A stretch of DNA of 64,000 nucleotides, taken from a bacterium. GTDB taxonomy: Bacteria; UBA8248. Every line of letters starts with the position of its first letter. Positions within the stretch are counted from its first letter, which is position 1. This document shows positions 36,287 to 46,343 of this stretch, piece after piece. A program made the position numbers and the translations under genes. A model generated the notes under the pieces. It searched no databases. It had not been told where the DNA came from and saw only the letters and a program-made list of their open reading frames with translations. The stretch spans positions 2,016,001 to 2,080,000 of the forward strand of contig CBDBBI010000010.1 in NCBI GenBank assembly GCA_965202625.1, read 5' to 3'.

Positions 36287-37303
36287 TTACGTATACGTGT
36301 AGGGTCTTGGCTCGGGCTTTTGCCCCACCTTGTTTCTTAGGACGCCGAGCGGTCCCATGTCAATTTCCACGACGTCCCCTGGTTGAATCCATCGGCCGAT
36401 CTCCATGCCGCATCCTCCGGGGACGGTGCCTGAGCCCAGCAAGTCTCCCGTGAGGAGGTTCTCGTCCCGCGCGGTGTAGGCGAGCATCTGCCCAAAAGTC
36501 CAATACATCTCTCCAGGCGTGGTTTCCACCCAGGTTTCTCCGTTGACTCTCGCGGCCATGGGAATGTTTTTGGGGTCGCCGACCTCATCCGCCGTGGCTA
36601 TCCAGGGGCCGAAGCTCCAGCACCAATCCTTGCTTTTGTAGGGCCCTGTTCCCATTGCCATTTCGCCCCCTTGTGCGTCTCGCGCGCTCCAGTCGTTCAA
36701 TATCGCGTAGCCAAAGATGTGCTTATGCGCATCCTCTTCTGCAATATCCCTTCCTGGCACACCGACTACGCAGCAGAACTCGAGCTCGAAATCCATCTTG
36801 TCAGTGAAGCTGGGCCAAGGTGCCTCCTCCTCAGGCCCGGCCATGTGGGCGCAACTCGACTTGAAAGCGAGAGGGCGATCATACCAGGTTTGGGGAATTT
36901 CGAGGTTCATCGCCGTGAACGTTTTTTTGAGGTGTCGCTCGAATCCGGCAAAGCCACGGATGAGCGGAGGCCGCTTTATCGGCGCGAGAAGCCGGGTTTC
37001 GCTCGGCGTATATATGATTTGCTCCCCGCGAGGTCCTCGGGCGTCCTCATGGTTGAGCGCGTATTCGAATGCCTCTTCTGCGGCTTCGACGCCGCCTTGG
37101 CCGGACGCGGCGAGGGCCAGCATGTCTGATGGAATGAGGGCGTCCGCCATGGCTTGCGCGCGCGCGGAGCCGCACTGCTTGAATTTCGCCGCCGCCGCGA
37201 AGTTGAGGTCAACGTATCGGAAGCCATCGCTCTTGGATACGACGGCGCCCAAGCGTTCGAACGGACCAACGGGCGTACGGACTTCAAAGGCGCAAAATTT
37301 CAT
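36287..37303 (-). CDS. Fumarylacetoacetate hydrolase family protein
   Basis: FERHL, MDFELE, ILNDWSARD, KSKDW, GDLLGSGT. Confidence 0.9.
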   Translation of the reverse strand: MKFCAFEVRTPVGPFERLGAVVSKSDGFRYVDLNFAAAAKFKQCGSARAQAMADALIPSDMLALAASGQGGVEAAEEAFEYALNHEDARGPRGEQIIYTPSETRLLAPIKRPPLIRGFAGFERHLKKTFTAMNLEIPQTWYDRPLAFKSSCAHMAGPEEEAPWPSFTDKMDFELEFCCVVGVPGRDIAEEDAHKHIFGYAILNDWSARDAQGGEMAMGTGPYKSKDWCWSFGPWIATADEVGDPKNIPMAARVNGETWVETTPGEMYWTFGQMLAYTARDENLLTGDLLGSGTVPGGCGMEIGRWIQPGDVVEIDMGPLGVLRNKVGQKPEPRPYTYT

Positions 37304-37411
37304 GGCGGCTCTCCGTGTGGATGAAATTCAGATGGCGTCCATCGCCGCGGGGCCTAACTCGCGGATCGTCTTTTCGCGCATCACCCTCAAAAAACGATGC
37401 GCGAGACCCTC

Positions 37412-37936
37412 TCATTCCAAATCGATTTTGTCCTTCTCGTCCGTTTCCGGAAAAGGACCTTCCTTGATTTCGATAAGTTTTGAATCATCTTCGAGAAACT
37501 CCACTTCATGTCCTTCATACATCAATATGAGATCGTCACGGCACAAAATCGCATCGCCCAGATTTTCTCCTTCCCTGGTGAACACGCCAACCCGAACCTT
37601 GCCGCGCTGACACAAGAGAATCTGGTGCCGCGTGGCGTTCGTGGTTCTCCCTTCCACTACGTGATAATGCGCTTTGGTGATAGCGCCTTTGGGTCTGTTC
37701 AGGACGATGATTTGAAGGGGGACGTCATCGTCTGTTAGGTGGGCCTTGGTATTGCGCTCCGCATCGATCCCTTGGCCAGCGTATGCGGTGCGAATGTGTT
37801 CTTTCGCCTCATCGGTATCCAAATAGGGGGGAAATTTGGCGTAGTCGCTGAAATCCCCTTTGACGTGAATGGCGATCGTGCGTCCATCGGAAGCCTTGTA
37901 GTAGTCTACGCTTTTGTAATCCATTTCTAGAGTCAT
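37412..37936 (-). CDS. Hypothetical cupin-like protein
   Basis: GAGGA RBS; KAHYH...HQIL...GH.VEFLED..LIEIKEGP cupin-like pattern. Confidence 0.65.
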   Translation of the reverse strand: MTLEMDYKSVDYYKASDGRTIAIHVKGDFSDYAKFPPYLDTDEAKEHIRTAYAGQGIDAERNTKAHLTDDDVPLQIIVLNRPKGAITKAHYHVVEGRTTNATRHQILLCQRGKVRVGVFTREGENLGDAILCRDDLILMYEGHEVEFLEDDSKLIEIKEGPFPETDEKDKIDLE

Positions 37937-38006
37937 CGTTTTTCCTCGGATGTGATCGGAGTCTGGTGTTTCAGGACGCATCTACCATGAGAGATTTTAA
38001 AAAATA

Positions 38007-38891
38007 TCATAAATGGACCTTTGTGATCTTCATGTGAAAATCAAGCGGAGGGGCGGCGCGGACGAGCGAACTGGTGGAAATGTAGTCCACTCCCGTCTGC
38101 GCAACGCGCCTCAAGTCGCCGTCGCCAACGCCAGAAGCCTCGAGCGCGTAGGGTTTTCGGGTTTTTGAGGCGTTGCCAGCCTCTCGGGCGCGGGAGACGG
38201 CCTTTTGAAGTGTTTCCACGTCCATGTTGTCGAGCAGGATCATGTGGACGCGCCCGTCTTCGATTACCTCGTCCAGCTGCGTCAGGTTTTGCGCTTCAAT
38301 TTGAATTTCCGTCATGTAGCGGTTGCCGAATTGTCTGTCGATGGCAGCGGCGATGGAGCCAGCGGCCGCAATGTCGTTGTCCTTTATCAGCGCGCCATCG
38401 AAAAAACCGAGGCGATGATTTTGTCCCCCGCCTGCGCGGACTGCGTATTTTTCAAAATAGCGCAAGCCCGGCCGGTTTTTTCGCGTATCGACGATGCCCT
38501 TGAACGTTGCGGGGAAATCTCCGAAACGAGCGAGCGCGCGCGCTGTATGCGTGGCAATTTCGGATATATGGGAGATAAGGTTAAGGGCGGTGCGCTCCGC
38601 CTTCAGAATGGTCTGGGCGTGTGCGGAAACGCGTGCCAGCAGCTCGCCTTGGGAAATTTTGGCGCCTTCGCTTTTTTGCCAGCGCACTTGAGGCGATTGA
38701 CCCTCCCCAAGGGCTAAAAGATTTTGGGTCTCCTCCAACACGGGAAGGAAGAATGGCGCGCCCGCGAGAACGGCGTCGGTTTTGGAGCGGAACTCCGCCA
38801 CGCACCAAGGGTCTTTTGCGGCTTCATACTGAAGGGGTGCGTCTCCAAAGTCCTCTAAGAGCCATTCTCGAATTTTAGAGCGGACGTCCAT
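38007..38891 (-). CDS. nadC: Nicotinate-nucleotide diphosphorylase (quinolinate phosphoribosyltransferase)
   Basis: AERTALN, DTRK, EKYAVRAGGGQNHR, LIKDN, ILLDNM, EASG, GVDYIS. Confidence 0.93.
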   Translation of the reverse strand: MDVRSKIREWLLEDFGDAPLQYEAAKDPWCVAEFRSKTDAVLAGAPFFLPVLEETQNLLALGEGQSPQVRWQKSEGAKISQGELLARVSAHAQTILKAERTALNLISHISEIATHTARALARFGDFPATFKGIVDTRKNRPGLRYFEKYAVRAGGGQNHRLGFFDGALIKDNDIAAAGSIAAAIDRQFGNRYMTEIQIEAQNLTQLDEVIEDGRVHMILLDNMDVETLQKAVSRAREAGNASKTRKPYALEASGVGDGDLRRVAQTGVDYISTSSLVRAAPPLDFHMKITKVHL

Positions 38892-38908
38892 GTGTCGAGT
38901 GAAGCGCG

Positions 38909-40021
38909 CTATACGATTTCAAGCATACGTTCGATGGGTATTCGCGCGCGCCGCGCCAGCTCTGCGTCCACGGTAATTTCATGTTTCAGGTCGCGCAGGC
39001 ATTCATAGAGGTTTTGCAACGTGTTTTGCTTCATGTAGGCGCAAAGCGCCTCCCGGCTCGCGGGAATCAAGGTTTTATTCGGAACTGCCTTGGACATGGG
39101 ATGGAGGTTTCCTACCTCGGTGGCCACGATGACCTCCGAATGCGGAACCTCTTCGACCAGCTTGATCATGCCTTGGGTGGATCGGAACTGGAGCATGTTC
39201 TCGGGCACGATGCCGTCTTTCACCTGACGCATACACGCGCTGGTGCATCCGCACTCGGGATGCACCACGGTGATGGCTTCAGGATGTAGTTGTTGCTGTG
39301 CCGCGACGTGATGCGGACGAATTCTCTCATGGACGTGACACGCGCCCATCATAAGGTGGAGACGGTCGAGGGTGTGGCCTTCGCTCTCCAAGAGCTTGGC
39401 CGCGTAGAAGCCTAAGAATACGTCGGGCAAAAACAGTATGGGCTGTTCGGGTTTCGAGTTTTCGAGGATGTGGAGGGTGACCTTGCCCGCATTGGCGGAC
39501 GCGCAACAGTAATCGCTCTCCGCCTTCACCTCCAGGTATGTGTTGACGTAACTGATGATGATTCCGTCGGGGTGGGCCGTTTTCCATCGTCGAATTTTAT
39601 CGACGTCGGCGTGCGCAGCCAAAGAGCAAAGCGCCTTGAGGCTGGGGGCCAAGACGGTCTGATGCGACTTTTTGAGCGCGGCCAGAATCTGGTTCATGAA
39701 CAACACGGACGGCTCCACCAGATAATCTGCGTCTGAAGCGGCGCCTTGCTGGGCTAAAAACAACGAATCGCCTATGATGTCGGATACGTCCTGAATATCT
39801 TTGGGCACATAGTTGTGGGCGAGGACGAGCGCGTTTCTCTCTTTCTTGAGACGCCCTATCTCGCCTTGGAGAAACTCTCTTTCCTCCTCCGTGACATTCT
39901 CGGGGCGCGCGTTCTCGGGAATTTCGGGAACGTCGATGGAAGGTCCAAGGTCTGTTTGGTCCATGAACGCGATGGCGTCTTTTGCGGGCAGTATGTCTCC
40001 AGCTTCAATATCTACAATCAT
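38909..40021 (-). CDS. nadA: Quinolinate synthase A
   Basis: LAHNY, IGDS, CSLA, YVNT, CHVH, HPEC, STQGM, VATE, CAYMK; start chosen at the ATG after a GGAG RBS. Confidence 0.92.
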   Translation of the reverse strand: MIVDIEAGDILPAKDAIAFMDQTDLGPSIDVPEIPENARPENVTEEEREFLQGEIGRLKKERNALVLAHNYVPKDIQDVSDIIGDSLFLAQQGAASDADYLVEPSVLFMNQILAALKKSHQTVLAPSLKALCSLAAHADVDKIRRWKTAHPDGIIISYVNTYLEVKAESDYCCASANAGKVTLHILENSKPEQPILFLPDVFLGFYAAKLLESEGHTLDRLHLMMGACHVHERIRPHHVAAQQQLHPEAITVVHPECGCTSACMRQVKDGIVPENMLQFRSTQGMIKLVEEVPHSEVIVATEVGNLHPMSKAVPNKTLIPASREALCAYMKQNTLQNLYECLRDLKHEITVDAELARRARIPIERMLEIV

Positions 40022-40494
40022 TTCACACTCCATGGCCAAGGACGTCGCAACAACGCGTCTCTCATCCTTCGTCGGCGGGAAACCCGATGAGTTGCCCGGT
40101 TCTCTTAACGCCAAAAATCACAAGCGTGGAGAAAAAACGAGAACCTCGGCAACGTCTCCGCTCCTAAGCTCCTATAGAATAAAGTGTGATGCAGGATATT
40201 AGGTTACCCTTCTTCCAGTTTTAATTATTTCACGTCTCGTGCAGATAAGCAAAATCGAAACAGAGAAAAAACATGATTTTTTCTTGCCGATCGGGGCTCT
40301 TTTTGTTAGTTTTTCTGTTGAGGGTCTCTGCTTTGTCCATCCATATAGTAGCGGGCGAGGCGCATCTTCCTGTCAAGTAGTTTGAATCTCGGGTCGCCGA
40401 GCGGGACGATCCGTTTTTTGTTTGTTTGCGCATGAATCCGACGCGGCCTCTGAAACCCGTTTCGGTTTCGCGTGTGGAAACTATCGGGGAATCC

Positions 40495-40695
40495 ATGATG
40501 ACCCGCGGCGTGATTTGGTTGTTGGGCGCGTTGGCTTTGTCGGGCCTGTTGGTTTTCGCGTTGAATGGAGTTTGTTCAAATACGTCGATCTTTCCGGTGC
40601 TGAGCGGATATTTTTGTCCTAAGCCTTGGTTGAAATTTGAAGACGGTTCCACCAAATCCCCACTCAAAGAGGTGGAGCGACAAAAAAATGAGTGA
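40495..40695 (+). CDS. Small single-pass membrane/exported hypothetical protein
   Basis: Hydrophobic N-terminal helix, two Cys; upstream of the PrpD-family gene. Confidence 0.4.
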   Translation: MMTRGVIWLLGALALSGLLVFALNGVCSNTSIFPVLSGYFCPKPWLKFEDGSTKSPLKEVERQKNE

Positions 40696-40724
40696 CGCCA
40701 GGGTTTTTTTAGAAAGGTGAGGCC

Positions 40725-42131
40725 ATGACGGATTCAGATTCTCTTATCACGGACGCCATAGTCGAGTTTGTCTTGGAGACAGGGGAGGAGGACGTTCCTG
40801 AGGACGTAAGGGTGATCATGCGCCGTTGTTTCGTAGATGGTGCCGGCTTGATGGTTGCGGGTTCCACGGAGGAGAGCGGCCGTATCATTCAAAATTACCT
40901 CAGAGAAATTGGCGGAGAGCCAGAGGCGCGCGTGATCGGAACGAATATCATGGTACCGGCGCATCTCGCCGCTTTGGCCAACGGGGTCGCGGGCCATGCG
41001 ATGGATTATGACGACACACAGTTGAGCAGCTATCCAGACCGCGTGTATGGCCTGTTGACGCACCCCACGTGCCCGGTGATGCCTGCCGCGCTCGCCCTTG
41101 CGGAGACTCTGGGCGCGACGGGGCGGGAACTTCTCACCGCGTTCGCGCTGGGTTTTGAGGTGGAATGCAAGGTGGCGGAGGCGATTCGGCCAGATCATTA
41201 CGTCAAAGGGTTTCATACTACGGGAACCATCGGTGCCATTGGAGCGGCAACCGCGGCGGCCAAGTTGATGGGGTTGGATGAGCACCAGTTGCGCATGTGC
41301 TACGGCATCGCTTGCTCGGAAAGCGCGGGTCTGCGCGCGAATTTTGGAACGATGACGAAGCCGTACCACTGCGGCCGTGCGGCGGAGAACGGCATCGTGG
41401 CGGCGAGGCTGGCCTCGGGCGGCTACTCTTCTGATCCCGCGATATTTGATGGTTGCTGGGGATTTTTCCAGATCATGGGCGGCGGCTGCGATCAAGATTA
41501 CGTCGTTGGAAAACTTGGCGCCCCCTGGTCGGCGGTAGACCCGGGGGTTTCGATCAAGCCCTACCCTTGCGGCTCTCTCTCGCACCCCGCCATGGACGCC
41601 GCCAGAGATTTGATTTTGGAGAACGACGTAAGGCACGAGCAGGTCAAGGAGCTGCGCTTCGGCACCACCTCGCGCGTGTTGGAACCTCTGCGTTATGAGG
41701 CGCCGCAAAATGAACTTGAGGCGAAGTTCTCTCTGCAGTTTGGTTTCGCCGTCTTGTTGTTGGAGCGCGCGGCCGGAATCGCCCAATACAAGGACGAAGT
41801 CGTCAAGCGCGCGGACGTCGTGGAGATGATGAAGAAGATAAAGACTTTCAAAGACCCCGAAATCGAGGCACAGGGTTACGCCCTCATCCGTGGCAAGGTC
41901 GAGATAGAGCTCGAAGACGGGACGGTGCACGAGAAAATGTCGGAAATCTCCCGCGGTGCCCCGCAGCGTCCCATGGACCGCGAGGAGCTTTTTGAGAAGT
42001 TCACCGAGTGCAGCAGCCTTGTGTATGACGACGAGCAAATCGCCATGCTTGAGGCGAAGCTCTACAAGATCGATACGCTCGAAAACGTTCATGGCCTCAT
42101 CGAACTCTTGGGTGAAAGAAGGGAAGCATAG
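40725..42131 (+). CDS. MmgE/PrpD family protein
   Basis: AALANGVAGHAMDYDD, GFHTTGT, NFGTMTKPYH, IKPYPCG..SH, EAKFS. Confidence 0.92.
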   Translation: MTDSDSLITDAIVEFVLETGEEDVPEDVRVIMRRCFVDGAGLMVAGSTEESGRIIQNYLREIGGEPEARVIGTNIMVPAHLAALANGVAGHAMDYDDTQLSSYPDRVYGLLTHPTCPVMPAALALAETLGATGRELLTAFALGFEVECKVAEAIRPDHYVKGFHTTGTIGAIGAATAAAKLMGLDEHQLRMCYGIACSESAGLRANFGTMTKPYHCGRAAENGIVAARLASGGYSSDPAIFDGCWGFFQIMGGGCDQDYVVGKLGAPWSAVDPGVSIKPYPCGSLSHPAMDAARDLILENDVRHEQVKELRFGTTSRVLEPLRYEAPQNELEAKFSLQFGFAVLLLERAAGIAQYKDEVVKRADVVEMMKKIKTFKDPEIEAQGYALIRGKVEIELEDGTVHEKMSEISRGAPQRPMDREELFEKFTECSSLVYDDEQIAMLEAKLYKIDTLENVHGLIELLGERREA

Positions 42132-42316
42132 TGATTTTCCCTTCGATCCGTCGTGCGCTTCTCGTCTGTCGGATGGATGGAGGAGCGAGAGCAGGACGGG
42201 GCTTTGCATCGCGCGAAGGCGTTCTGAAGGCGAAAAATCTCGGACAGCCATGCGCGGCTGGGGGCTGCAGTAGACTGTGCGTCGTCTTGTCCGGGCGCGT
42301 CTGGATGTGAAATTTT

Positions 42317-42742
42317 GTGTATGGAGACAAGCATTTGGTGAAGAGAGAAGAGGCGGGAAGGGTTTTTGTCGCTTGTTCTGATTTGATGTTCTCTGCGGGA
42401 ATTCGAGAAGAGGGTGCCTCTCTGGGGGTTGCGTTGGTGTTCATCGACTCTCAAGAGAAATTTGACGAGGCGCTCGAGATATTTCGCCCCGTATTGCTCA
42501 TGTCTGATCTGCACCACCACAAACTTGGTGGCGAGAGAGCGGGCGCGCTTGTGAAGAAACTGAAAGCCGGTGAAAAAACGAAGGATGCAGACGCCGTCGC
42601 CTGGGGCAAGCATACCGAGCCGGAGTTGCTCAAGTCGGCGCGGCGATGGGGTTTCGACAGGGTGATGCCGCGTTCTTTGTTTGTGAAAGAAATGCCCGAT
42701 ATCGTTCGGCGCGCGGCGAGACGGGCTCAGGCGATTGCATGA
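42317..42742 (+). CDS. Receiver-like (response-regulator fold) single-domain protein
   Basis: DLMFS...LLMSDL...AWGKH....L..ARRWGFDRVMPRSLF pattern. Confidence 0.6.
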   Translation: MYGDKHLVKREEAGRVFVACSDLMFSAGIREEGASLGVALVFIDSQEKFDEALEIFRPVLLMSDLHHHKLGGERAGALVKKLKAGEKTKDADAVAWGKHTEPELLKSARRWGFDRVMPRSLFVKEMPDIVRRAARRAQAIA

Positions 42743-42999
42743 CGCCCCATCGCGCAGGCGAGAGACCCAATCCGGAGCCGTGCGAGGGTTCTCTCATCTG
42801 GTGGGTGTATGCGCCGACGGGGGAGCAAAACTATTTACAAGGCCTCAAGAAAGACGAGCACGGCGAACTTGTCTCGCTTGCGTGCCTGGATTCATTGATT
42901 GACGCGAAAGTACTTCTCGACATTTTCCGTCAAGAAATCAACCTTCAGATACCAGATTCCGCACCTTCGTTTACCCCTGCCGAACAACCTCAACCATAA
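42739..42999 (+). CDS. Hypothetical protein
   Basis: ATGA-coupled ORF between the receiver-like gene and tupA. Confidence 0.45.
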   Translation: MTPHRAGERPNPEPCEGSLIWWVYAPTGEQNYLQGLKKDEHGELVSLACLDSLIDAKVLLDIFRQEINLQIPDSAPSFTPAEQPQP

Positions 43000-43071
43000 A
43001 AGATGCGCCCACGGCAGGGGGCTCTCTCTCTCAATGAGTCCTGCGCTGTCGTTGGGAGTAGAAGGGAAGGA

Positions 43072-43905
43072 ATGGCATATAGGCGGTTTCTGTTGTTTTT
43101 GAAGGTTTTTGTAATTGCGACGTTTCTGGGATTTTCTGCGGATTCTCTCGCTCTGGATCGCCTGAAGCTGGCCACGACGACGAGCACGGAGAACTCCGGC
43201 TTACTCGACGAGTTGCATCCGAGGTTTGAGAAAAAGTATGGCGTCCTCGTGCATACAATATCCGTAGGCACGGGAAAAGCGCTGCGTTTGGGCCAGAACG
43301 GAGACGTGGACGTGGTGTTCGTCCATGCGAAAGAGGCGGAGGATGCGTTTGTGGCGCGAGGCTACGGGGTTCGCAGAAGAGCCGTTATGTACAACGATTT
43401 CGTGATCGTGGGTCCAGCCTCGGACCCCGCCGGAGTATCACGCGCGTTCGATGCCTCTGAGGCGTTGCTTCGAATCGTGGACTCTCAAAGTCTTTGGTTC
43501 AGCAGAGGGGATGACTCCGGAACACATAAGAAGGAACTGAGGCTTTGGAAAGACGCCGGCGTTCGCGCGTTTGGGCCCTGGTATCGCGCCCTGGGCCAGG
43601 GAATGGGCAGAACCCTCATAGCGGCGGACGAGAAAAACGGATACACGATTACGGACAGGGGCACGTACATTGCTCTCGTTCAGAAGGGGAAGATCGCTCT
43701 CAGGGTGCAAGGGCCAAAAGGGGGGCGCTTACACAATCCTTACAGCGTGATCGCCGTGAACCCAAGACGATATCCGCACGTGCGGTTTGATCTGGCGACC
43801 AAATATATTGATTTTCTCACGTCTGCCGAAGGACAGGGAATTATTAGCGACTTTCGGCTGATGGGAAAGCTCCTCTTTTACCCAAACGCGCAGAGAGCAC
43901 GCTGA
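43072..43905 (+). CDS. tupA: Tungstate ABC transporter substrate-binding protein
   Basis: Signal peptide, ATTTSTENSGLL tungstate motif, GTGKAL, MYNDFVIVGP, SRGDDSGTH, DRGTY. Confidence 0.93.
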   Translation: MAYRRFLLFLKVFVIATFLGFSADSLALDRLKLATTTSTENSGLLDELHPRFEKKYGVLVHTISVGTGKALRLGQNGDVDVVFVHAKEAEDAFVARGYGVRRRAVMYNDFVIVGPASDPAGVSRAFDASEALLRIVDSQSLWFSRGDDSGTHKKELRLWKDAGVRAFGPWYRALGQGMGRTLIAADEKNGYTITDRGTYIALVQKGKIALRVQGPKGGRLHNPYSVIAVNPRRYPHVRFDLATKYIDFLTSAEGQGIISDFRLMGKLLFYPNAQRAR

Positions 43906-43930
43906 CGGATGGAGGCGGAGGATAAGCACT

Positions 43931-44617
43931 TTGGAATACTTACTTGAGGGGTTTGCGGATGGATTGATGCGGGTACTCAGTGCCGACCCCCAGGTGATGC
44001 GCGCCGCCTGGGTGACCATCAAGGTGGGGTTTTTGGCGACGGTGCTGGCCTCTCTCATCGGCCTGCCCATTGGCTTCTTGTTGGCGACAGCCCGTTTTCG
44101 AGGGCGCGAGTTCGCCATCGTCATGCTTCAAACGGCACTTGGCTTGCCGACCGTCGTCATCGGCCTGCTGGTCTATGGCTTCATTTCTCGGCGAGGGCCC
44201 TTGGGATTTGCCGACTTGCTGTTCACTCCTTCTGCCATCGTCATCGGGTTAGTTGTGCTGGCGGTTCCGCTCGTGGCGGTATTCTCCATGACGTCCGTCG
44301 CCTCCGTTGATGAGCGGGCGCGAGAGACGGCGCTCACTCTGGGCGCGTCCGATAAGCTCGTGGCGTGGACGGTCCTGTGTGAAGCGCGCTTTGGAATGGT
44401 GGCGGCTGTGCTGGCGGCGTTTGGCCGCGTTTCTTCAGAAGTGGGAATCGCCATGATGCTCGGAGGGAACATAGAGGGATATACCCGAACTCTGACCACG
44501 GCTATCGCCCTTGAGAGCATGAAGGGAGAATTCGGTTTTGGAATCGCTTTGGGTGTAGCGCTTCTGGTGATTATCCTAGTGACGAATTTGCTTTCCCGCT
44601 TTATTCAAAGGTACTGA
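43931..44617 (+). CDS. tupB: Tungstate ABC transporter permease
   Basis: LPTVVIGL, SRRGPLG, EVGIAMMLGGNI..YTRTLTTAIALE. Confidence 0.92.
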   Translation: MEYLLEGFADGLMRVLSADPQVMRAAWVTIKVGFLATVLASLIGLPIGFLLATARFRGREFAIVMLQTALGLPTVVIGLLVYGFISRRGPLGFADLLFTPSAIVIGLVVLAVPLVAVFSMTSVASVDERARETALTLGASDKLVAWTVLCEARFGMVAAVLAAFGRVSSEVGIAMMLGGNIEGYTRTLTTAIALESMKGEFGFGIALGVALLVIILVTNLLSRFIQRY

Positions 44618-44618
44618 T

Positions 44619-45260
44619 TTGGACGCGTTTTTCCTCGAGAACGTGAAATTTCGGTTTGGATCCGACTGGGTTCTCGATATCCAGGAACTGCAAGTCCTGT
44701 CCGGTATGGTGACCCTCCTCACTGGAGCGAATGGTTCCGGAAAAACGACGCTGTTGCGCGTGATGGCGGGTTTGCTCACCCCAGAGGGCATTGTCGCTTA
44801 TCGAGGCGAGCCCGTCGTTTTCGGCAAGCCGGGGCTCAACCACCGCAGGAGGGTAACGCTCCTCGCCCAAGAGCCGTATCTTTTTCAGGGGAGCGTTCTG
44901 CAGAACGTCTCGTATCCCCCCCGTGCGCGTGGGATGAATATGGCGCAGGCGAGCGAAAAGGCCAAGGAAGCCATCCTTAAAACGCGATGCGAAAGCTTGA
45001 CGCGCCGAGACGCCACGAAACTCTCTGGTGGAGAGAAAAAGCGCGTAGCACTTGCGAGAGCTTTGGCGGCGGGAGCAGAAACTCTTCTTTTGGATGAGCC
45101 CATCTCCCACGTGGATGAGGAGAACAGCGTGCTGATCGTTAGAATTATCGAGAATTTGGCCGCTTCGGGAATCACTTTGGTCGTCAGTTCTCATGCGTTG
45201 GAATGGGCGAATTCCCTTTCTGTGCGCACTGTGCGCCTCGCGCATGGCAGGGTGGCGTGA
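44619..45260 (+). CDS. tupC: Tungstate ABC transporter ATP-binding protein
   Basis: GANGSGKTT, LSGGE, LLLDEP; third gene of the operon. Confidence 0.88.
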   Translation: MDAFFLENVKFRFGSDWVLDIQELQVLSGMVTLLTGANGSGKTTLLRVMAGLLTPEGIVAYRGEPVVFGKPGLNHRRRVTLLAQEPYLFQGSVLQNVSYPPRARGMNMAQASEKAKEAILKTRCESLTRRDATKLSGGEKKRVALARALAAGAETLLLDEPISHVDEENSVLIVRIIENLAASGITLVVSSHALEWANSLSVRTVRLAHGRVA

Positions 45261-45261
45261 C

Positions 45262-46026
45262 TTAAGGCAGTTCGCTCTCGTTGATGTGATGGGAATCACC
45301 GAACAAATCAGCCTCCATAGGCCCTCCGCGCCAGTCCGGATAATGCCTGAAATAGTAATCCACGAGACCCGCCTCAAATACTTTTGGTTGCGTATAATCC
45401 GTCGCCTGCCTTTGGGAGCGGTGACATGCTTGCGCTTTGGATCTCGCGCGCGGAAAGTTGCGCCCGTCGATGATGGTTGTGTAGTCGTTTCGATAGACGA
45501 GATCGGGGCGATTATAAAGGGTGCGTCTTTTATCGGGCGATACCCGGTGATAGAGGCGCTTGGGTGCAGAAATCGGATTTTCCCGCATAAGTCGGTAGAA
45601 AGCCTTTGTGGTCCAGCGGCCGACGGCCACGTGATCCGGATGCCCGGTAACGCCGTCTTCTCCATACGTCACAACCACGTCGGGAGAGAAATTTCGCATG
45701 AACTCCTTGATGCGGGGCAGAATTTCCGCATCTTCCAAGGATCGTAATCCGCCGTCGGGGTAGCCCCAGAGCGTCAGGTGCTCGACGCCGAGAACCCGGC
45801 AAGCGTCTTTGAGTTCCGCCTCCCGGACGTCGCCCAGCTCATCCGTCCTGCACACGCCGTTCGTGAGTCCCGCCTCTCCGCGCGTGAGGGTGAGGAGGCC
45901 CATGCGCGCCCCCCGGTTCGCATAGAGCATGAATGTGGCGGGGTTTCCGAAAGATTCATCATCTGGATGCGCATAAACGTGAAGTATGGGAGGCTTCGAA
46001 GTCCGTTTGTTCATGGTGGGTCGCAA
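45262..46026 (-). CDS. PIG-L family deacetylase (BshB/MshB/Mca-like)
   Basis: AHPDDE, TRGEAG, REAEL, YPDG, GHPDH, HRSQ. Confidence 0.9.
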   Translation of the reverse strand: MRPTMNKRTSKPPILHVYAHPDDESFGNPATFMLYANRGARMGLLTLTRGEAGLTNGVCRTDELGDVREAELKDACRVLGVEHLTLWGYPDGGLRSLEDAEILPRIKEFMRNFSPDVVVTYGEDGVTGHPDHVAVGRWTTKAFYRLMRENPISAPKRLYHRVSPDKRRTLYNRPDLVYRNDYTTIIDGRNFPRARSKAQACHRSQRQATDYTQPKVFEAGLVDYYFRHYPDWRGGPMEADLFGDSHHINESELP

Positions 46027-46343
46027 TGCGTTGGACAGTCTCCATATAGTCTGGCTAAATATATTAGCATTTCAGGCAGATAATTCAAGAGTGCGTAGCC
46101 TCGCTGGTCTCCATCTGTTCAGGACTGGCGGGAAAAAAAGATCCTCACTACCCCTGCCCCATCCGTCTTGAAGGGGCTAGGTTTCGTCTTCCTGAACGCG
46201 ATTCCCTTGCCCCGCACTCCACTTTGGTTTATATGAGAAGCAAGCCTTGAATATCCTGCAATTTGGTATGATGAAGGCCAACATCCTGGCACACGCTTGT
46301 GGATGGTTCGTAAATCCTTCTTCCATTACAAGGAGTCGGTATT

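Noticed and set aside
40041-40060. CAACAAC resembling part of the known nadA (NAD+-I) riboswitch
   Set aside because: It lies on the strand antisense to nadA and the rest of the consensus was not recognisable
40734-42251. 505-aa minus-strand ORF
   Set aside because: Mirror of the MmgE/PrpD gene with no recognisable domain
46027-46343. oriC or DnaA-box cluster upstream of dnaN
   Set aside because: No clear TTATCCACA-type boxes or AT-rich unwinding repeats seen
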